From Lytechinus pictus (lineage: Eukaryota): 64,000 nt of DNA. Below are positions 59,731 to 64,000 of the stretch, in pieces. The position numbers and the translations under genes are program-made. Every line of letters begins with the position of its first letter. The stretch's first letter is position 1. The stretch spans positions 27,220,001-27,284,000 of the forward strand of contig NC_087250.1 in NCBI RefSeq assembly GCF_037042905.1, in the 5' to 3' direction. The notes below the pieces were generated by a model. It had not been told where the DNA came from. It was given only the letters and a program-made list of their open reading frames with translations, and searched no databases.

Positions 59731-62722
59731 GGGCCCGTATTCCATAAACGAGATAAGCATGCTTAAGTCAAAAATCTAAGCATTTTGTCTTATTTTTCTG
59801 TCTAAGACAAAATGCTTAGCCAAAACGCGTATTCCATAAAGAATTGGCTAAGAATTTTGTCTAAGAATTTGGCTAAGAAGTTTTGCGCGACTAAGACAGA
59901 TTTAGGATGAATGGCTAAGTAACTTTTCTTAAATATGCAGAGTCTGTATTTCATAAATACAACATGGCTAAGAATTTAGCCCTAACTTTAAGACAGTTGT
60001 GAGCTGTCTTAATTGTTGTAGTTTCAAGGCAATTTCAGCCAACAAAATTTTAGAATTTATACCTATATTGCATTTCGAGCTCCTATCTCATTTTTTAAAA
60101 CCGATTTTCATGAAATTTGGAACACACATTAGTCTTAAGGTAAGGAGGTGGAAGATTTTGTTCTTTTTTTTCTTTTTCAGAAATTGTGTTGCCATGGTAA
60201 CAATATATTATGGCCCAAATTTTGCCGTTTAAAATACTTCATTAGTTTTATACCAATTCTCATGAAAGTTGGCTCACACATTGGATTTGAGGAAAAGATG
60301 TGCAAGACACATTTTTGCATGTGTCGGAAAATGTGTTGCCATGGTAACGGTATATTATGGCAAAAATTATGTATAAATCTCGCTGTTCCAACTATTTCTC
60401 TAGTTTTTATCCAATTTTCATGAAATGTGGCACAAACATTAGTCATGATGTGAAAATGTGCAAAACATGTTTTATGCCTATATAAAAAAATGTGTTGCCA
60501 TGGTAACAAATAAAATACCAAAAATAAATGAAAATCTTGTGATTGAATTACTTTATCAGTTTTCAACTGGTCTATTCTCCTAAGAATTTGGCATACACAT
60601 TAGTCTTGAGTTGAAGATGTCTAAGACATATTTTTGCCTGTATCAAAAATTGTGTTGCCATGGTAACAACATATTATTTAACGAAAATAAGGTGAAACTC
60701 TTGTAGTTTGAATTCCTTCATCTCTTTTCAACCAATGCTCATGAAATTTGGCACACACATCAGTCTTGAGTTGAAAATGTGCGAGAATATTTTTGTTTGT
60801 ATCAGAAATTGTGTTGCCAAGGTAACAACATATCATACGCCAAAATAAGATTAAGACAGTGGTCAATGCTAACTTTTGTTTGGCTACATAGAAAACTACA
60901 TGTAGCTGTGGGCTTAGTTATCGTTTTTAATTTTAGGATGGGGGGAGGGCTAGACCTCTAGATCTCAAACTACAGCCCCTAGCTTTAGATGTAAGCCAAA
61001 GATCAAGATCCTTCAGTCCTAGAAATAATCCAATGCTATATCCCAAGCTTACTTCCTTTTTCAGGCCTAATGTTAGATGAATAGATCTAGACTAGCCTAC
61101 ATTTACTATTTTTTAGAACTAGAATCTATATTTTGATAGAGTATACAAGTCTCTACTCTAGATCTCGACCTATTACTTAGATTGATATAGTTCTACTTCT
61201 AGATCTAGATAGGGTCTAACTTTTAGTCTTAGTCATTTAGTCTAGATCTAGGCCTACATTAGAGATTCCAGATCAAACAGTAGACTAGTCTGACTAGATC
61301 AGCCAACGTTAGGGCTACCGGCTAGGCTAGACATAGAATCTGGAATGAATAAAAGAAAGCATAGCCATACTAGGCTAGGCCGCCTAGATCTTAACTAAAT
61401 TTTTATATAAATCTAGCTCCCAGTCTAGACTGAGTTGTTGGTCTAGGTTTTAATTTAGGCCTGTTTTGTAGAAACCTAGATCTAAACAAACTTCCCAAAA
61501 TGTATTTAAAAAAAACTCCTCCAAACAAACAGATGGACCTAAAAAAGAAGTAGGCCTAGATCTAACTTAGTTAGATCTAACTTTTTACATAGATTTCTAG
61601 GTCAGGATTATAAGTTCAGGCGTAGTTGGCAAGCAATGCATAGCGATAGGTCTAGCACTGTAGACAGGAATATCCGTCGTTTCTGGGGATTTATTTAAAA
61701 GTTTCTGACATTTACTGTCAGTGTCATGTCACATTGGTGAGATTAGGGTCTAGGCCAACGTAATGTTAGACTGTCGAGTGTCTTACTCTTACTCGTAGTT
61801 TAGCAGAAAACCCAAAATACAGATGGAGACTGAAGCTTTTGGTCTAGGCCTAACTCTAACTAAGTCAGATGGTCCTACATTGACATGTAAATCTATCCCT
61901 GTCCTAAGTAAGGCTAAGCCAGGCTTAGTCCCGAATGTTGTTCTAGGCCTAGACCAATATTATTTAGGTCTAGATCTATGTACTATATGTAGCTTCAGTC
62001 TCGGTTGCTCCACTAAGTATGGCGTCCCACTACTAGACTAATTGTAACAGAGTTACGTTTTGCAGCCTTCATGAAAGTAAAAAAGTCAAAACAATGTTCA
62101 ATTCTCCTCAAAACAGACAGATATTTTATAGATCTTGGGCCTAGGCTAGAACTAGGCCTAATGTTAGACCCAAGGCTAGTCTCAAAAGTTACAAAAGTTT
62201 TCCCTTAGGGGGCCTAGGTCTACTTAAACTGAAGTTAAAGTAAACTGTCGAGAGGAATTTATAGTTTATATTTTGACAAATAACAATACATGAAAAGTAA
62301 TAAATGGGACTGATACACAAAGAAACTGTGCAAGTCACTCGGTTTGGGATTGAAATGTTTTGGTAATTAACAAAATATATATAATTTTAATAAAAAGTTC
62401 TTACCATATATGGGTGATAAATGCTCTTCTCTTACTACAATAGTTGTAATTAGTTTCAATAAAATCCAAAGTTTTAAGAAAAAACAACTTCAGTGACATT
62501 TTTGCAAGTTTGTTGCAGTCACCCCTGCAGCAATTTATTATTGAGAAGGTCGCTGAAGGTCATAGAATTTGAGACTTTGGCTTAGCCATATCGCCTGACT
62601 TGAGACAAATGTCTTAAAGTTTATAGAATATCGTTAGGGAAGATTTCTTAGACAAGCAAAATGCTAAGACAAATTGCTAAGACTTAAGCAAAAAGCTTAT
62701 CTTGTTTATGGAATACGGGCCC
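59731..62722. mobile_element. ~3-kb non-autonomous PIF/Harbinger-like element
   Basis: TIR GGGCCCGTATTCCATAAAC(G/A)AGATAAGC at both ends with subterminal CTAAG(A) repeats. TSD ambiguous (CTG/CAG, or GGACCCT). Confidence 0.82.
60090..60850 (+). repeat. ~159-bp tandem array (5 units), each with GTTGCCATGGTAAC
   Basis: Motif at 60188, 60335, 60494, 60654 and 60813 (last has one mismatch). Each unit also has CATGAAATTTGGCACACACAT-like sequence. Confidence 0.88.
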
Positions 62723-62729
62723 AGGACCC

Positions 62730-64000
62730 TATAGTAAGGTCCATGCTAAAACACTCTGTAGATTACAATCTTTGATATCAGTATTAATAGTATATAACCA
62801 TTATTGTTAAAGTCATGGTCAGTTATTAAATGTACAACATTATTATTATTCTTATTATAGTTATGGTGATTTAGATTTTTCGTTATTATAATCAAAATTA
62901 TTATCATAAATGGTGACAATTATGATAATAATAATAAAGTAGGTGGCCGTAATAGTACTATTATTATGGTAATATTCACCATCAACGTTATCTAACATAC
63001 ACAATAATAAAACATTTAAGTTTTATGCAGAAAAGTCTATAGAAAGTTCCAATAAAAAAAAATGAAAATGCCTTTAAAATTCAAGGCTCAAAATCCTCAA
63101 AGCCAAGGCTTTACAGTCCAGGGCATAGGCTTCGAAAAAGTTGGCCTTAAGGCGCTTAAAGACCAAGGTCGAGCATCAAGGCACTACAACACTAGTTCTT
63201 GATTACACAATTTTTTTTCTAAACTTTCCAGATTTTAGGTCAGGATATCAATTTTCAGTTTGCGTTTTGTGCTCGCTTCAATAATGTTAAGATGTCCGTT
63301 TACCCATCCAAGTTTAAAAGTCGGAAATAAAAAAAAATCACAGCTCTCTCTCTCTCTTGTATCAGAAGTTTAGTAAGAAATTTATTTTGTTCACAGTTAG
63401 AAAAAAAGGGCTAAAAATGTCAAGGTTAAAACTCGGAAAATAAAAATTTTCAGCTCGCGCTTTGCGCTCCCATATTTTGTGTAGTAAGATACCTATCCTC
63501 TTAAGGATAGCAAAAAGTTAATTTCTTATTGTTTAGTCGGAAAATTTCAAGCTCATGCTTCGCGCTAGCATTAATATTGTTTGATTAAATACATATCATG
63601 GTTATGTTTGCAAAATTACTTGTTGCTCGCATTGATTGGTACATGTAGGATATGTATTCTTCTCATGTGTTACATGGAAACATTCATTAACAGGTAGCTT
63701 TTCAGATCAATATAGTAACATTTTCAGCTCCCGCTCGCAATTTCCTCTACATTAGCCACTGTAAAACTGTTATTATTGGCTCCCTTTTTAGATTAGTGTA
63801 TTGAAATTTTGGCTCGCGCTTCGCGCTCCCATAAATTATTTAGTTACATACCCATATTGTTCATGATAATAAACAACTGCTCAGAATATATCACTATACA
63901 TGAAATATAAAATAAGAATAGCTCGCGCTTTGTGCTCGCGTTATTTCTTAATGCCTTATCCTGCTATCTTGTGTGGAACACCAAGCCTGAGATGAATGAA
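62730..64000 (+). repeat. Paralogous copy of the TRIM-like gene intron (matches 11288-13320 minus the L2 insertion)
   Basis: Colinear similarity to the window end. Confidence 0.9.

Noticed and set aside
59999..60961. Cys-containing repeat ORFs (CCHGN motifs)
   Set aside because: Translations of the 159-bp tandem array; frames are broken between units.

Overview
AT-rich, repeat-dense animal genomic DNA. It is most likely an echinoderm (sea urchin type), inferred from repeat style and gene family only. There is one clear host gene: a RING-less B-box / coiled-coil / beta-propeller (TRIM-NHL-like) protein encoded in a single coding exon (15460-17046, +). Its probable short non-coding first exon is at ~9870-9921. 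Two paralogous promoter/first-exon modules occur at ~36.6 kb and ~48.7 kb, and a paralogous intron copy runs off the right edge, which points to a tandem gene cluster. The rest is nested transposable elements. These are an intact Tx1-clade LINE inside a (GAAA)n tract, a near-intact CR1/L2-group LINE with a 2A (StopGo) motif, a Penelope-like element with a minimal hammerhead ribozyme inserted into a Crack-like LINE, a decayed L1/Tx1 LINE interrupted by an L2 fragment, a solo LTR, tRNA-derived SINEs and many MITEs. A second hammerhead lies in a ~160-bp insert within a (TA)n microsatellite. All calls were made by eye without database searches. Family names are motif-based, and many boundaries are approximate unless a target-site duplication (TSD) is cited.
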